NCBI GenBank assembly: GCA_947426265.1
Contig: CANEDJ010000002.1
Location: 367 to 64,366 of the forward strand
DNA length: 64,000 nt
Direction: 5' to 3'
DNA from: an uncultured Mycoplasmatota bacterium
GTDB taxonomy: Bacteria > Bacillota_I > Bacilli_A > RF39 > UBA660
Below the pieces are notes generated by a model. The model was not told where the DNA came from. It saw only the letters and a list, made by a program, of their open reading frames with translations, and made no database searches. Of this stretch, positions 39,728-49,631 are shown piece after piece. Positions within the stretch are counted from its first letter, which is position 1, and each line of letters opens with the position of its first letter. Both the position numbers and the translations under genes were made by a program.

Positions 39728-40219
39728 ATGATGGAAAGAATTGATAAGATTAATTATTACTTAGATATGGCAGAGGTTGCTTTGGAAAGAGGAACTTGTC
39801 TTAGAAGAAATTATGGTGCAGTTATTATTAAGAATGATGAAGTCGTGTCAACTGGTTATGTAGGAGCTCCTAGAGGCAGAAAGAATTGTTGTGAAATGCA
39901 AGTTTGTGTAAGAGAAAAATTAGAAGTTCCAAGAGGAGAGCGTTATGAATTATGTCGTAGTGTTCATGCTGAACAAAATGCAATCATAAGTGCAGAACGT
40001 AGTAAAATGATAGGAGCCACATTATTTTTATGTGGAAAAGATTATAAAGATGGTAGTTATGTAGAAAATTCTAATCCATGTGCATTATGTAAAAGAATGA
40101 TTATTAATGCAGGAATAAAAGATATTTATATTAGAGATTCCAAAGATAAATATAGACATATTTTAGTAAGTGAATATATAGAAAATGATGAATCGTTAGA
40201 AGGCGTAAAAGGGTATTAA
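39728..40219 (+). CDS. Deoxycytidylate (dCMP) deaminase / ComEB-like
   Basis: CDA zinc motifs HAEQNAI and PCALCKRMI. Confidence 0.8.
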   Translation: MMERIDKINYYLDMAEVALERGTCLRRNYGAVIIKNDEVVSTGYVGAPRGRKNCCEMQVCVREKLEVPRGERYELCRSVHAEQNAIISAERSKMIGATLFLCGKDYKDGSYVENSNPCALCKRMIINAGIKDIYIRDSKDKYRHILVSEYIENDESLEGVKGY

Positions 40220-40298
40220 GCTTTAGAGAAAAGCTTTTTTTCTTGAAAAAATAATTTTTTTCAGTATAATAAAAAGTGGTAAAAAAGGGGAGATAATC

Positions 40299-41114
40299 GT
40301 GATTAAAAAGTTTTACTTGCAATGTAGTGAATTTCCAAAATTTTATCGATTTGAAGGAACAAACTCCTATAATCATTTCGATTTTTCTAATAGAAAATTT
40401 TTGAGAGGAGCGAATAGTTATGCTTACTTTTCAAAATCATTTAAACATCATCGTTTTTATACAGCAAAAAGACTTCGACAATTAATTAATCAAGGGCTTT
40501 TAAACGGAACTAAATTAAGTTTAAAAAAAACTGTCATAACACGCCCAGAACAATTTAGTGAAATTCTTCGGATAATAAAGACAACTCCTCTTGATGAGCC
40601 ACAAGTTAGTATTGAATTTACTGTTTCGCCTTTGTTTACAAAATTGATGAAAAATAATGCAGTTCGTCATACAGAAAAGAAAGAGGGAGAAGCTTACATT
40701 GAAAAAGTAGATTTAAAACAATCTGGAGGAGGCTATGGTTTCTGTGATGAATGGTTAGAGCTATTTGACTTTTTTACATATTTTTATGCTCACCAAAGAA
40801 TAACAAGAACAGATTTAGTTAATTTCTTATATGCATATAGGAGTAATGTCGTTCATCATTTTTTTCAAAATTCACCAGTTCCCTTTTTGGCGTATCCAGA
40901 ACGCCGAATTGTAGAAGTAAGTCAACATATAGCATCTTCTTTTGATAAATACGAATTGATGGATATTTTAGAACGTATATTATTAAAAAAATTATATTTT
41001 CCAAATTCTTTTTTAGCAGAGCAACAAGAAAGTGGAATCAAACAAGTTGTAGCAGAATATTTAATGGAAAAAGAAGCGATGGCAGACATTCAAGAATACT
41101 CAAAAAAATTTTAG
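40299..41114 (+). CDS. Hypothetical protein
   Basis: GTG start after AAGGGGAG. Length 271 aa. No motif recognised. Confidence 0.45.
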   Translation: MIKKFYLQCSEFPKFYRFEGTNSYNHFDFSNRKFLRGANSYAYFSKSFKHHRFYTAKRLRQLINQGLLNGTKLSLKKTVITRPEQFSEILRIIKTTPLDEPQVSIEFTVSPLFTKLMKNNAVRHTEKKEGEAYIEKVDLKQSGGGYGFCDEWLELFDFFTYFYAHQRITRTDLVNFLYAYRSNVVHHFFQNSPVPFLAYPERRIVEVSQHIASSFDKYELMDILERILLKKLYFPNSFLAEQQESGIKQVVAEYLMEKEAMADIQEYSKKF

Positions 41115-41214
41115 GCAACTTCTGGTTGCACCAAAAATGATAAGTGCAATTAATAGTTGGTAGTAAATAAGGATGTTCTATTTTATAATAAATTGAGAAA
41201 AGGAGGTGTAGTGT

Positions 41215-42108
41215 TTGAACTTTGGAGAAAACCTACAAAACATTAGAAAACGTGAAAATTTATCACAAGAAGAATTAGCAGATAAATTGAATGTTTCAAG
41301 ACAATCTGTGTCAAAATGGGAAAGTGGAATCAGTTATCCTGAAATTGAAAAAATAATTATGATTTGTGAGATTTTCCAATGTAGTATGGATGAATTAGTA
41401 AAAGGAGAAATAAAAACATCAGTATTAGAAGGAAAGCGAGAATATGATAGCTTTTTAACCAAATTTTCAAAAGGAATGGCATTTGGTGTATTTTTAATAT
41501 TATTTGGAGTTACATTATTGTTAATGATTATGTCTTGTGCACCAAATAAAGAAGCATTAGAGCAATATATCATGATAGGAGCTATTGTATTATTGATCTT
41601 TGTTGTAATTGCTGTTCCTATTTTTATTATATTAGGGATGAGAATGAATGAAATCCAAAAAAAGTATAAAGATTTTTCTAATTTTTATTCTGAAAAAGAA
41701 AAGGAAATTTATAATCATAAATTTTCCATACTGATAGCAACTACAGTTAGTATTATATTAATTGGTGTGATTGTATTATTATCTTTATATGGTTTTCAGA
41801 TTTGTGATGAAGAAAGTCTATTTCCAGTTGCTTTATTTATGATATTTATTACTTTCTCAGTGCCATTCATTGTAAATGCAGGAATTCAAAAGTCAAAATA
41901 TGAAATGACATCATATAAAGAATGTCATAAAGTAGAAAAAAATGATGAAATCATAGGGAAGATTAGCGCAGTTATTATGATCAGCGCAACGATTTTATAT
42001 TTTATTTTAGGATTTGTCTTTCATTTGTGGAAACTAAATTGGCTGGTTTTTCCAGTAGGTGGAATGCTATGTGGAATAGTTTCAGTTATATTTAGTAAAG
42101 AAGTTTGA
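41215..42108 (+). CDS. XRE-family HTH regulator fused to a polytopic membrane domain
   Basis: N-terminus LQNIRKRENLSQEELADKLNVSRQSVSKWESG (HTH_3), followed by at least six TM helices. TTG start after AGGAGGTG. Confidence 0.7.
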   Translation: MNFGENLQNIRKRENLSQEELADKLNVSRQSVSKWESGISYPEIEKIIMICEIFQCSMDELVKGEIKTSVLEGKREYDSFLTKFSKGMAFGVFLILFGVTLLLMIMSCAPNKEALEQYIMIGAIVLLIFVVIAVPIFIILGMRMNEIQKKYKDFSNFYSEKEKEIYNHKFSILIATTVSIILIGVIVLLSLYGFQICDEESLFPVALFMIFITFSVPFIVNAGIQKSKYEMTSYKECHKVEKNDEIIGKISAVIMISATILYFILGFVFHLWKLNWLVFPVGGMLCGIVSVIFSKEV

Positions 42109-42165
42109 AAGGGTGTAGCTTTACATTCTTTTCTTTTCGCTATAAAATAGTATTATGGTGGTAAT

Positions 42166-43023
42166 ATGAATTTATTTAATTTATGGGAAACATGGGTGAT
42201 TATTTACCTGATATCAGCAGTATTATTTGCTCAAGTTTTTAAATCGGCTAATAGAAATATGAAGAGTGCAGGAGCCCTCACAATTTTACTAGAATTTTTT
42301 ACTGCTCTTTTGGCAATTTTATTTCTGCCATTTTTCAAATTTACATTACCAAATGATATCCACATTTATATAGTGTTACTGGTTGTGACCTTCATATATG
42401 CTATCACAGATAGACTTAATATAGAAGCAAGATATGGATTAGAGCCTTCCACCTTTAGCGTTTTAAAACAATTATCTACTGTTTTTATGATCTTTTTTGG
42501 AATTCTTTTTTTAAAAGAAAAACTAATTTTTACTAGAATTCTGGGAGCTATTATTATCATATCAGCAAATTTAATATTGGCCTTTGAAAATGGTAAAATA
42601 AGAATGAATAAATATTTTGTTATGTCATTAATTTCCAACTTTTTATTTGCAATTGCAATGCTTATTAATGTGAATATTTCAGATCATTTTAATCTTGCAT
42701 TTTATACCATTATTACTGTATCAGTTCCAGCAATTTTAATTAAAACATTTGGAAGATATAAAATGAAAGACTTGAAACAAGAGTTCCATACATATAATAA
42801 AAAGGAATTTTTAATAGCTGCTTTTTCTTGGGGTTTGATGTTAATATCTTCAGTGAAAGCTTATCAACTGGGCGATATTGCTATAGTTGCCCCTATCTTT
42901 ACGTTAACTTCAATTATTAATGCAATAATAGAATTTTTCGTTTTTCAAAATAAAAATAGAATTGTTCAAAAAATAATCGCAGCAGTTTTATTGACTCTTG
43001 GAGTAATTTTAGTAAAAGTATAA
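42166..43023 (+). CDS. DMT-superfamily (EamA-like) membrane transporter
   Basis: 285 aa, about 10 TM helices, duplicated 5-TM pattern. Confidence 0.55.
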   Translation: MNLFNLWETWVIIYLISAVLFAQVFKSANRNMKSAGALTILLEFFTALLAILFLPFFKFTLPNDIHIYIVLLVVTFIYAITDRLNIEARYGLEPSTFSVLKQLSTVFMIFFGILFLKEKLIFTRILGAIIIISANLILAFENGKIRMNKYFVMSLISNFLFAIAMLINVNISDHFNLAFYTIITVSVPAILIKTFGRYKMKDLKQEFHTYNKKEFLIAAFSWGLMLISSVKAYQLGDIAIVAPIFTLTSIINAIIEFFVFQNKNRIVQKIIAAVLLTLGVILVKV

Positions 43024-43169
43024 AGAGGGAAATCATATGAAATTTTTAAATAAAATTGTACAATTTATGTATGGGAGATATGGTACTGATGAACTAAATC
43101 ATTTTTTATTAGCTTTTTATGTATGCAGTTTTATTATCAATTTATTTCTATGTATTAAGGAAAGAGGAA

Positions 43170-43823
43170 GCTATGATTGAACAAGAATTATTAAAACAAT
43201 ATGAAATAGAATATCAAAAATTATTAGAATTTGGATTTAAGAAAGAAAAAGATTCATATATATTCAAAAAAGAATTAAATTCAGATTTATATGTTATCTT
43301 TCTTATACAATGTAAAACTTTGAAAATTGATGTATATGAGAAATTAACTAACGAAAAATATCTTCCCTTTTATATAAAAGAAGGAGAAGGATCCTATAGC
43401 AAAGAATTAAAAGAAAAAATCGAAACAATAAAAAAAGAATGTATGAAAACGTGCTTTCAAAGTATTAATATAAAAGAACAAATCTTGTCTTATGTAAGAA
43501 AAAAATATCAAACAGAACCAGAATATCCTTGGATAAAATTTCCTGATTATTTTACTTTAAAAACGTCAAAAAGTCAGAAATGGTATGGGTTAGTTATGAA
43601 TATTTCAATAGAACGATTAGGCGTCAAAAGAGATTATATGGTAGATGCCATGAACTTAAAGAATATACCAGATAAAATTCAAAGTCTGATTGATTATAAA
43701 ACAGTATTTCCTGCTCATCATATGAATAAAAAATATTGGATTACAATTCTTTTAAATAAAGAAACAGATATGGAATTGTTAAAACAGCTCATTGATGAGA
43801 GTTACCAACTTGTAGAAAAATAG
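43170..43823 (+). CDS. MmcQ/YjbR-family protein
   Basis: C-terminal WYGLVMNI...KKYWITILLNKETDMELLKQLIDESYQLV matches the YjbR pattern. RBS AGGAAAGAGGAAG before the ATG at 43170. Confidence 0.55.
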   Translation, partial: AMIEQELLKQYEIEYQKLLEFGFKKEKDSYIFKKELNSDLYVIFLIQCKTLKIDVYEKLTNEKYLPFYIKEGEGSYSKELKEKIETIKKECMKTCFQSINIKEQILSYVRKKYQTEPEYPWIKFPDYFTLKTSKSQKWYGLVMNISIERLGVKRDYMVDAMNLKNIPDKIQSLIDYKTVFPAHHMNKKYWITILLNKETDMELLKQLIDESYQLVEK

Positions 43824-43831
43824 AAAAATGT

Positions 43832-43862
43832 TTGACATTCCCCTTAGGGGATAGCTTATCAT
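43832..43862 (+). promoter_or_regulatory. MerR-type promoter: TTGACA, 19-bp spacer holding the dyad TCCCCTTAGGGGA, then TATCAT
   Basis: A 19-nt spacer with central dyad symmetry is the hallmark of MerR-regulated promoters. It sits directly upstream of the MerR-family gene. Confidence 0.45.
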
Positions 43863-43893
43863 ATTTATCATATCTTTTAGAAAGGAGGAGCAT

Positions 43894-44538
43894 ATGCTTA
43901 TCAATGAAGTAGAACACATGGTCGGATTATCCAAAAAAAGCATTCGTTACTATGAAGAAAATGGCTTATTAACACCAATGCGAAATCAAGAAAATGATTA
44001 TCGTGTTTATACAGAAAAGGAGATTCAAAAGTTAAAAATTATTAAATTTTTAAGAGAATTAAATGTCCCTATTAGAGAATTGAAACAACTTGAAACTGGT
44101 GAATTAACTCTACAAGAATGTATGGTAGATAGGATTCGGAAAATTGAAAGTGAAGAAGAAAATTATCAAAAAATAAAGGCTATGTGTACTTCAATTAGCA
44201 CTTCAAATGATACTTACGAAACAATTGAAATTGAGGAATATTTTAAAACAATGAATATTTTAAATAAGGAAGGATTTACAATGAGAGATACAAAAACAAG
44301 CAAAACCAAAAAAATTGCGGGTGCAATCATATCTAGTTTTTTATTTGGAAGCTTTTTTCTTTTTTTAATAGGAATAATTACCTATTTTCAATGCACTGAG
44401 CCTAAAAATATTCCATGGCTTATTTATGTATTTATTATATTAATTTTAGGAGTTCCATTACTTGGTATTATTGTAAATTTGATTAGCAGAATAAAGGAGA
44501 TTAATGGAGGTGAAGAAGATGAAGCTAGTAAATATTGA
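43894..44538 (+). CDS. MerR-family transcriptional regulator with two C-terminal TM helices
   Basis: HTH block VGLSKKSIRYYEENGLLTPMRNQENDYRVYTEKEIQKLKIIKFLRELNVPIRELK, then a hydrophobic C-terminus. Confidence 0.7.
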   Translation: MLINEVEHMVGLSKKSIRYYEENGLLTPMRNQENDYRVYTEKEIQKLKIIKFLRELNVPIRELKQLETGELTLQECMVDRIRKIESEEENYQKIKAMCTSISTSNDTYETIEIEEYFKTMNILNKEGFTMRDTKTSKTKKIAGAIISSFLFGSFFLFLIGIITYFQCTEPKNIPWLIYVFIILILGVPLLGIIVNLISRIKEINGGEEDEASKY

Positions 44539-44842
44539 TTATATTCCAGGAGAAGAGATAATAGAAGCGTTGGGAATTGTAAAAGGACAAATTGTTCAAT
44601 CTAAAAATATAGGAAGAGATTTTATGGCAGGAATGAAAACGATTGTAGGAGGAGAAATTGCTGGATATACAGAAATGATAGCGACAGCCAGACAGATGGC
44701 TACAAAAAGAATGGTAGATGATGCGAAAAACTTAGGGGCTGATGCAATCATTAATATTCGTTATGGTTCATCAGCTGTTATGAATGGAGCGGCAGAAATC
44801 ATTGCATATGGAACTGCTGTAAAACTAAAGAAAAGAGATTAA
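44519..44842 (+). CDS. YbjQ/UPF0145-family protein
   Basis: GIVKGQIVQSKNIGRDFMAGMKTIVGGEI...ADAIINIRY. GGAGGTG RBS before the ATG at 44519. Confidence 0.7.
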   Translation: MKLVNIDYIPGEEIIEALGIVKGQIVQSKNIGRDFMAGMKTIVGGEIAGYTEMIATARQMATKRMVDDAKNLGADAIINIRYGSSAVMNGAAEIIAYGTAVKLKKRD

Positions 44843-44898
44843 AGTCTCTTTTTCTATTATGAAAAGTGTGATAAAATAAAGTTAGAAAAGAGGATAGT

Positions 44899-45330
44899 AT
44901 GGAAAATAGAAAAAAGGTTGTAGGAACATTATTTTTTAGAGATGGTAAATTATTGATTGATAAGCCACGAAAAAGACCAACTTATCAAATGATAGGCGGA
45001 AGCGTAGAGGAAAGTGAAAGTGAGTATGATGCTGCAATTAGAGAGTGTCGAGAAGAATTAGGCGCAAAAGCGATCTTTGACCCTAAAAAGATTGTTCCAT
45101 TTATGGATTTTGATGAAATAGCAACAAGTGATCAAAAAACACTTTTACATATGTATATTTTTATGTATGAAGGAGAGTTAGAAGGAGACTTAACAACATC
45201 TGAAGAAATAGAAGATTTTATGTGGTTTGGAGCTGAAGACGATTTTTCAATTCTTTCTAATACATTAAAAAATGAAATCGTTCCAACTTGCATTAAAGAA
45301 GGGTATATGAGATTACCAAAACAAAAATAG
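44899..45330 (+). CDS. NUDIX hydrolase
   Basis: Nudix box GGSVEESESEYDAAIRECREELG. Confidence 0.75.
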   Translation: MENRKKVVGTLFFRDGKLLIDKPRKRPTYQMIGGSVEESESEYDAAIRECREELGAKAIFDPKKIVPFMDFDEIATSDQKTLLHMYIFMYEGELEGDLTTSEEIEDFMWFGAEDDFSILSNTLKNEIVPTCIKEGYMRLPKQK

Positions 45331-45345
45331 AATGGAGGGATAATA

Positions 45346-46023
45346 ATGGCAAATATAAGTCAGAATGATTATTACTATTATTTACATAAAACAAATGTCA
45401 GCAGTCCAGAAAAGATTGAAAGTATATTTAATGAAGGATTAAAAAGTAATTATGATTATAGCATTCATTCTACATTGATGCCAATTGATGAAGAAGCTTT
45501 GAAAAATATAGGATTAGAACAGATCGTTATAAATTATTTAGGGAATAGTGAAGATTATAACTGCGTATTTGTTGTTAAAATTCCAAAAAGATATATGTCT
45601 TGTGTTATGCATAGAGATGGAAATGTAGATCCAACAATGCCTTTATGGCGTTCATTAGAAGGATATGACCCAATGTTTTCAACTTTATTTACTCCTAAAT
45701 TAATACAAGGGGTATATTGCAGGGATATTAATAAATCATTTACAAACCCTAATTTTAATCCAGTATTTGACCCAAGTGGTTCACAAGTTTCAGATGAACA
45801 ACTTAGTGCACTTGCATCTTTCAATTTATACCATTTAGTAGCTTCGTTAAAAGAGAGAAGAAAGATACCATTTCATATTTTATATAGTGATGATAGAAAC
45901 TCTAATAGATGGAAACCAATAATTGATTATTATTCAAAATTATATGGTGTTATTCCAACTCCAATGATTACTTATCAAATGCCAGAGGAAGATAAAGAAT
46001 TGTTTAGAAGAAAACATTTATAA
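45346..46023 (+). CDS. Hypothetical protein
   Basis: 225-aa ORF with RBS. No motif recognised. Confidence 0.45.
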   Translation: MANISQNDYYYYLHKTNVSSPEKIESIFNEGLKSNYDYSIHSTLMPIDEEALKNIGLEQIVINYLGNSEDYNCVFVVKIPKRYMSCVMHRDGNVDPTMPLWRSLEGYDPMFSTLFTPKLIQGVYCRDINKSFTNPNFNPVFDPSGSQVSDEQLSALASFNLYHLVASLKERRKIPFHILYSDDRNSNRWKPIIDYYSKLYGVIPTPMITYQMPEEDKELFRRKHL

Positions 46024-46306
46024 AGAACTATACATGTCTTTTATATTGTTCTTTGTAAGTATAATTCAATTCATAATGAAAGTAGAGACATTCTAAATTC
46101 CTGATGTTGATAATTCATTCTTGATCTTATATTAAACTAACAATTGTTCTAGAACATTTTTCATTCTATAGAATAAATTTTTGTTAATATACATATATTT
46201 CTAGTAAATTCAATGACCATTAAATACGTTTTTAAAAATATGCAAAATAGGAAAACAATTCTTTTGTTTCAATATAGATTATGGTATAATTGATATTACT
46301 AGCATT

Positions 46307-46380
46307 TGCCGCAATAGTATAATGGTATTACGAGGCCATGGTAAGGCTTTAACGTAGGTCCGATTCCTACTTGCGGCACC
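46307..46380 (+). tRNA. tRNA-Thr (anticodon GGU)
   Basis: Acceptor GCCGCAA pairs with TTGCGGC. Anticodon stem AGGCC/GGCTT with loop ATGGTAA. T-arm GTAGG-TCCGATT-CCTAC. CCA encoded. Preceded by TGGTATAAT. Confidence 0.75.
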
Positions 46381-46428
46381 AGATTAGTTTGTTATTTAAA
46401 ATTTTTATTTATCAAAAAGATGATTTTA

Positions 46429-46456
46429 TTCTACTGATTATCAGTAGATTTTTTTT
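46429..46456 (+). terminator. Rho-independent terminator after tRNA-Thr
   Basis: TCTACTGA...TCAGTAGA followed by TTTTTTTT. Confidence 0.7.
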
Positions 46457-46507
46457 GATCATTTAAATAAATTTGTAGTATAATAAAATTACAAAGGAGT
46501 GAATACA

Positions 46508-47266
46508 ATGCTTAAAGTAAAAGATTTAAAAAAGAAATTTATTAAATATAATTCAAAAAAACAAAAAGAAGAATTTTATGCAGATAATGGGATTTCATTT
46601 GAAGCCAAAGAAGGAGAAATCATAGGAATATTAGGACCAAATGGGGCAGGAAAGACCACATTGCTTCGGATGATTGGTGGAATTTTAGAACCAACTTCTG
46701 GAACGATTGAAATTGATGGGTTAAATTATATTGAAAATGAAATCGAAATAAAAAAGAATATTGCCTATTTATCGGGAAATACCAAAATTTATAATACTTT
46801 ATCAACTTATGAACTTTTAAAAATGTGTGCTGAAATATATGAAGTTGAAAAGGAAGAAATTGATAACAGAATCAAAAATATTTCAAAGACGTTAAACATG
46901 GAAGCCTTTCTTTACAATAGGATTGCAAATCTTTCAACTGGTCAAACACAAAGAGTCAATATTGCGCGTTGCTTAGTTCATAACCCAAAATATTATATTT
47001 TAGATGAAGCAACAAGTGGTTTAGATATTATTTCTAGCCAAGTGATTTTAGACTTTATGAAAGAAGAGAAGAAGAAAGGGAAGACAATCCTTTATTCTAC
47101 ACATTATATGGAAGAAGCTGAAAATATATGTGATTATGTTGTTATGATTAATAAAGGCGTTATTATCAAAGAAGGAACACCAGAAGAAATTAAAAAAGGA
47201 ACAAAGACAACAAACTTAAGAGATGCATTTTTCTCTTTGATAGGAGGCAAAAATAATGAAGAATAA
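46508..47266 (+). CDS. ABC transporter ATP-binding protein (ABC-2 exporter type)
   Basis: Walker A GPNGAGKTT, signature LSTGQTQRVNIARCL, Walker B ILDEATSGLD. AAAGGAG 7 nt upstream of the ATG at 46508. Confidence 0.85.
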   Translation: MLKVKDLKKKFIKYNSKKQKEEFYADNGISFEAKEGEIIGILGPNGAGKTTLLRMIGGILEPTSGTIEIDGLNYIENEIEIKKNIAYLSGNTKIYNTLSTYELLKMCAEIYEVEKEEIDNRIKNISKTLNMEAFLYNRIANLSTGQTQRVNIARCLVHNPKYYILDEATSGLDIISSQVILDFMKEEKKKGKTILYSTHYMEEAENICDYVVMINKGVIIKEGTPEEIKKGTKTTNLRDAFFSLIGGKNNEE

Positions 47267-48404
47267 TTTATGGAATATGCTAAAAAAAGAAACTAGAGAA
47301 ATGTTTCGTGATAAAAAATCATTATCAATGATGCTAATAATCCCAATTATGATTCCATTATTGGTAATTGGAATGTCAGCATTATTTGAGTCCCAAATTA
47401 ATAAATCAGTAGAAGAATATAATAAAATTGGTTTTTCTTATGAATTATCAGAAGTAGAAAAAGAGATAGCAAAGGAATTACAAATTGATGTCGTAATGAA
47501 AGATAAAGAAGAATTAGAGCAAGCTTATAATGAAAAAAGCATTGATCTATATATTACAAAGGAAGGCAATAAGTATGTTGTACATGGAGATGATAATGAG
47601 ACAACAAGCTATGCTACCTCATTAACGGATCGTTTTTTTGCATCTTATAAGGAATATTTACAAGAAGAATATCTAAAAGAACATAATATGAAGGCAGAAG
47701 ATGTCATTTCTATTATTACAGTAGAAAAAGACATCAAAGAAGTAGAAAATTTTTATGCTAACTACATTATTAATTATGCATTTTTATTTATTATTATGGC
47801 AATTACAGTATCTGCCACTTATCCAGCAACAGATGCTACAGCAGGAGAAAAAGAAAGAGGAACATTGGAAACATTACTCACTTTTCCAATTAGAAGTAAA
47901 GATATTATTATTGGCAAATTTTTAAGTGTTAGCTTATCCTCAATTATTACTGGAGCAATCAGTTTATTGTTGACTATTATCTCTTTAATGATTGCTGGAA
48001 ATATGTTTAAAATATATGATGGAATCAACTTGATGTTACCAATAGAAAGTATTGTGTTTGCGACCTTAGTAATTATTGCTTATTCTTTTTTAATTAGTGG
48101 ATTATGTATTGCAATTGCAAGTCGTTCTAAATCATTTAAAGAAGCACAAAGTGCTTTAACTCCACTTACTTTTATTTCCTTTTTTCCAGGAATGATAGCA
48201 TTTATGATTAAAATTGAATCTTCTACTTTATTATCGCTTGTTCCTTTTTTGAACTTCACCCTTTTATTTACCGATATAACAGCAGGAACAATAAATTACT
48301 TACATATTTTATTAATGCTTATATCAACGATTGCAATTATAACGATTGTTCTTGGAATTATAATCAAACAATATAAATCTGAGCAAGTTCTTTTTTCAAA
48401 TTAA
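47256..48404 (+). CDS. ABC-2 family transporter permease
   Basis: N-terminal TM helix, large extracytoplasmic loop, then five C-terminal TM helices. Overlaps the ATPase gene end. Confidence 0.7.
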   Translation: MKNNLWNMLKKETREMFRDKKSLSMMLIIPIMIPLLVIGMSALFESQINKSVEEYNKIGFSYELSEVEKEIAKELQIDVVMKDKEELEQAYNEKSIDLYITKEGNKYVVHGDDNETTSYATSLTDRFFASYKEYLQEEYLKEHNMKAEDVISIITVEKDIKEVENFYANYIINYAFLFIIMAITVSATYPATDATAGEKERGTLETLLTFPIRSKDIIIGKFLSVSLSSIITGAISLLLTIISLMIAGNMFKIYDGINLMLPIESIVFATLVIIAYSFLISGLCIAIASRSKSFKEAQSALTPLTFISFFPGMIAFMIKIESSTLLSLVPFLNFTLLFTDITAGTINYLHILLMLISTIAIITIVLGIIIKQYKSEQVLFSN

Positions 48405-48422
48405 AAGACTTGCTCTTTTTTT
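48381..48422 (+). terminator. Rho-independent terminator overlapping the permease stop
   Basis: GAGCAAGT...ACTTGCTC followed by TTTTTTT. Confidence 0.55.
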
Positions 48423-48493
48423 GATAAAATTCGCGAAAATTTTTGTTTCTTTTTTTTGTATTAACTGCTATACTTAAAATAGAAGGTGAGAGA

Positions 48494-49531
48494 GTGAAAA
48501 AAAAGATAATTTTATTCATCTTGAGTTTACTAGTATTGGGAGTTAGTATTCCACTTTTATATCAAACATTTACAAAGAAGGAAAAGAAGCAAGAAGAACA
48601 AAAGAGTCAGTCAATCGTAGAAGAGGAAAAACCAGTTCCCAAACTACAAATTGTAGATGAAGATTCTAAATCGAGGCCATATGCTGTTATGATTAATAAT
48701 AATCAAGCAGCTTGGAAAAATCACGCTGGTTTAAAAGACGCTTATTTGGTTTATGAAATTATAACAGAAGGTGGTATTACTAGAATGATGGCTTTATTTA
48801 AAGACCAAAATACAGAACGTATTGGATCTGTTCGAAGTTCTAGACATTATTTTTTAGATTATGCCTTAGAAAATGACGCTATTTATGTACATTTTGGTTG
48901 GAGTCCAAAAGCACAATCTGATATTCCAAGCTTGGGAATCAATAACATTAATGGAATTTATGATAATAGTTTTTGGAGAGACCAGACATTAGGGGTAGCT
49001 TATGAACATACTGCTTTTACAAGTATAGAACTGGTAAATCAGTTGGCTTTAAAAAGAAACTATATAAGAGAAACAGATAAAGATTTATTATTGAATTATA
49101 ATATTGAAGAATTGAATATCAATGATAAAGAAGGCGCTTTGATAGCAAATACGATTACAATTCCTTACTCAAAATCTTATACCGTTAGTTATCAATATAA
49201 TATAGAAACCAAACGTTATATGCGATATATGAATGATTGGGCTCATACTGATGGTGTAACTGGAGAACATTATTCTACAAAAAACATTATTATTCAAAAT
49301 GTTGAGAACTATTCTATGGATTCTTATGGAAGACAAGATTTAAAAAATATTGGTAATGGCAACGGTTATTTTATTACGAATGGCTACGCAGTACCAATCT
49401 CTTGGTCAAAAGAAAGTAGAAGTGGTCAAACAAAATATTCTTATTTAGATGGAACAGAAATAATAGTAAATGATGGAAATACCTTTATCCAGATAGAACC
49501 AGTCAATATGACACCTACCTTTTTAGAATAG
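48494..49531 (+). CDS. DUF3048-family secreted/lipoprotein-like protein
   Basis: GTG start after AGGTGAGAGA. Signal/TM segment. YAVMINNNQAAWKNHAGLKDAYLVYEIITEGGITRMMALF is typical of DUF3048. Confidence 0.55.
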   Translation: MKKKIILFILSLLVLGVSIPLLYQTFTKKEKKQEEQKSQSIVEEEKPVPKLQIVDEDSKSRPYAVMINNNQAAWKNHAGLKDAYLVYEIITEGGITRMMALFKDQNTERIGSVRSSRHYFLDYALENDAIYVHFGWSPKAQSDIPSLGINNINGIYDNSFWRDQTLGVAYEHTAFTSIELVNQLALKRNYIRETDKDLLLNYNIEELNINDKEGALIANTITIPYSKSYTVSYQYNIETKRYMRYMNDWAHTDGVTGEHYSTKNIIIQNVENYSMDSYGRQDLKNIGNGNGYFITNGYAVPISWSKESRSGQTKYSYLDGTEIIVNDGNTFIQIEPVNMTPTFLE

Positions 49532-49548
49532 TGAAAACTATTCTTTTT
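49525..49548 (+). terminator. Rho-independent terminator
   Basis: AGAATAGT-GAAA-ACTATTCT followed by TTTT. Confidence 0.7.
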
Positions 49549-49631
49549 GACATTTTATTTGAAAAGTTATGGAAAGAGCATACTATTTTTTTAAAATTTG
49601 TGATATACTATAATAGTTCGAGGTGAAATTC

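Noticed and set aside
43037-43180. Possible ~47-aa hydrophobic small ORF (MKFLNKIVQFMYGRYGTDELNHFLLAFYVCSFIINLFLCIKERGSYD) between the DMT transporter and the YjbR-like gene
   Set aside because: It has a plausible GAGGGA RBS, but it overlaps the better-supported start of the downstream gene and cannot be verified without conservation data.
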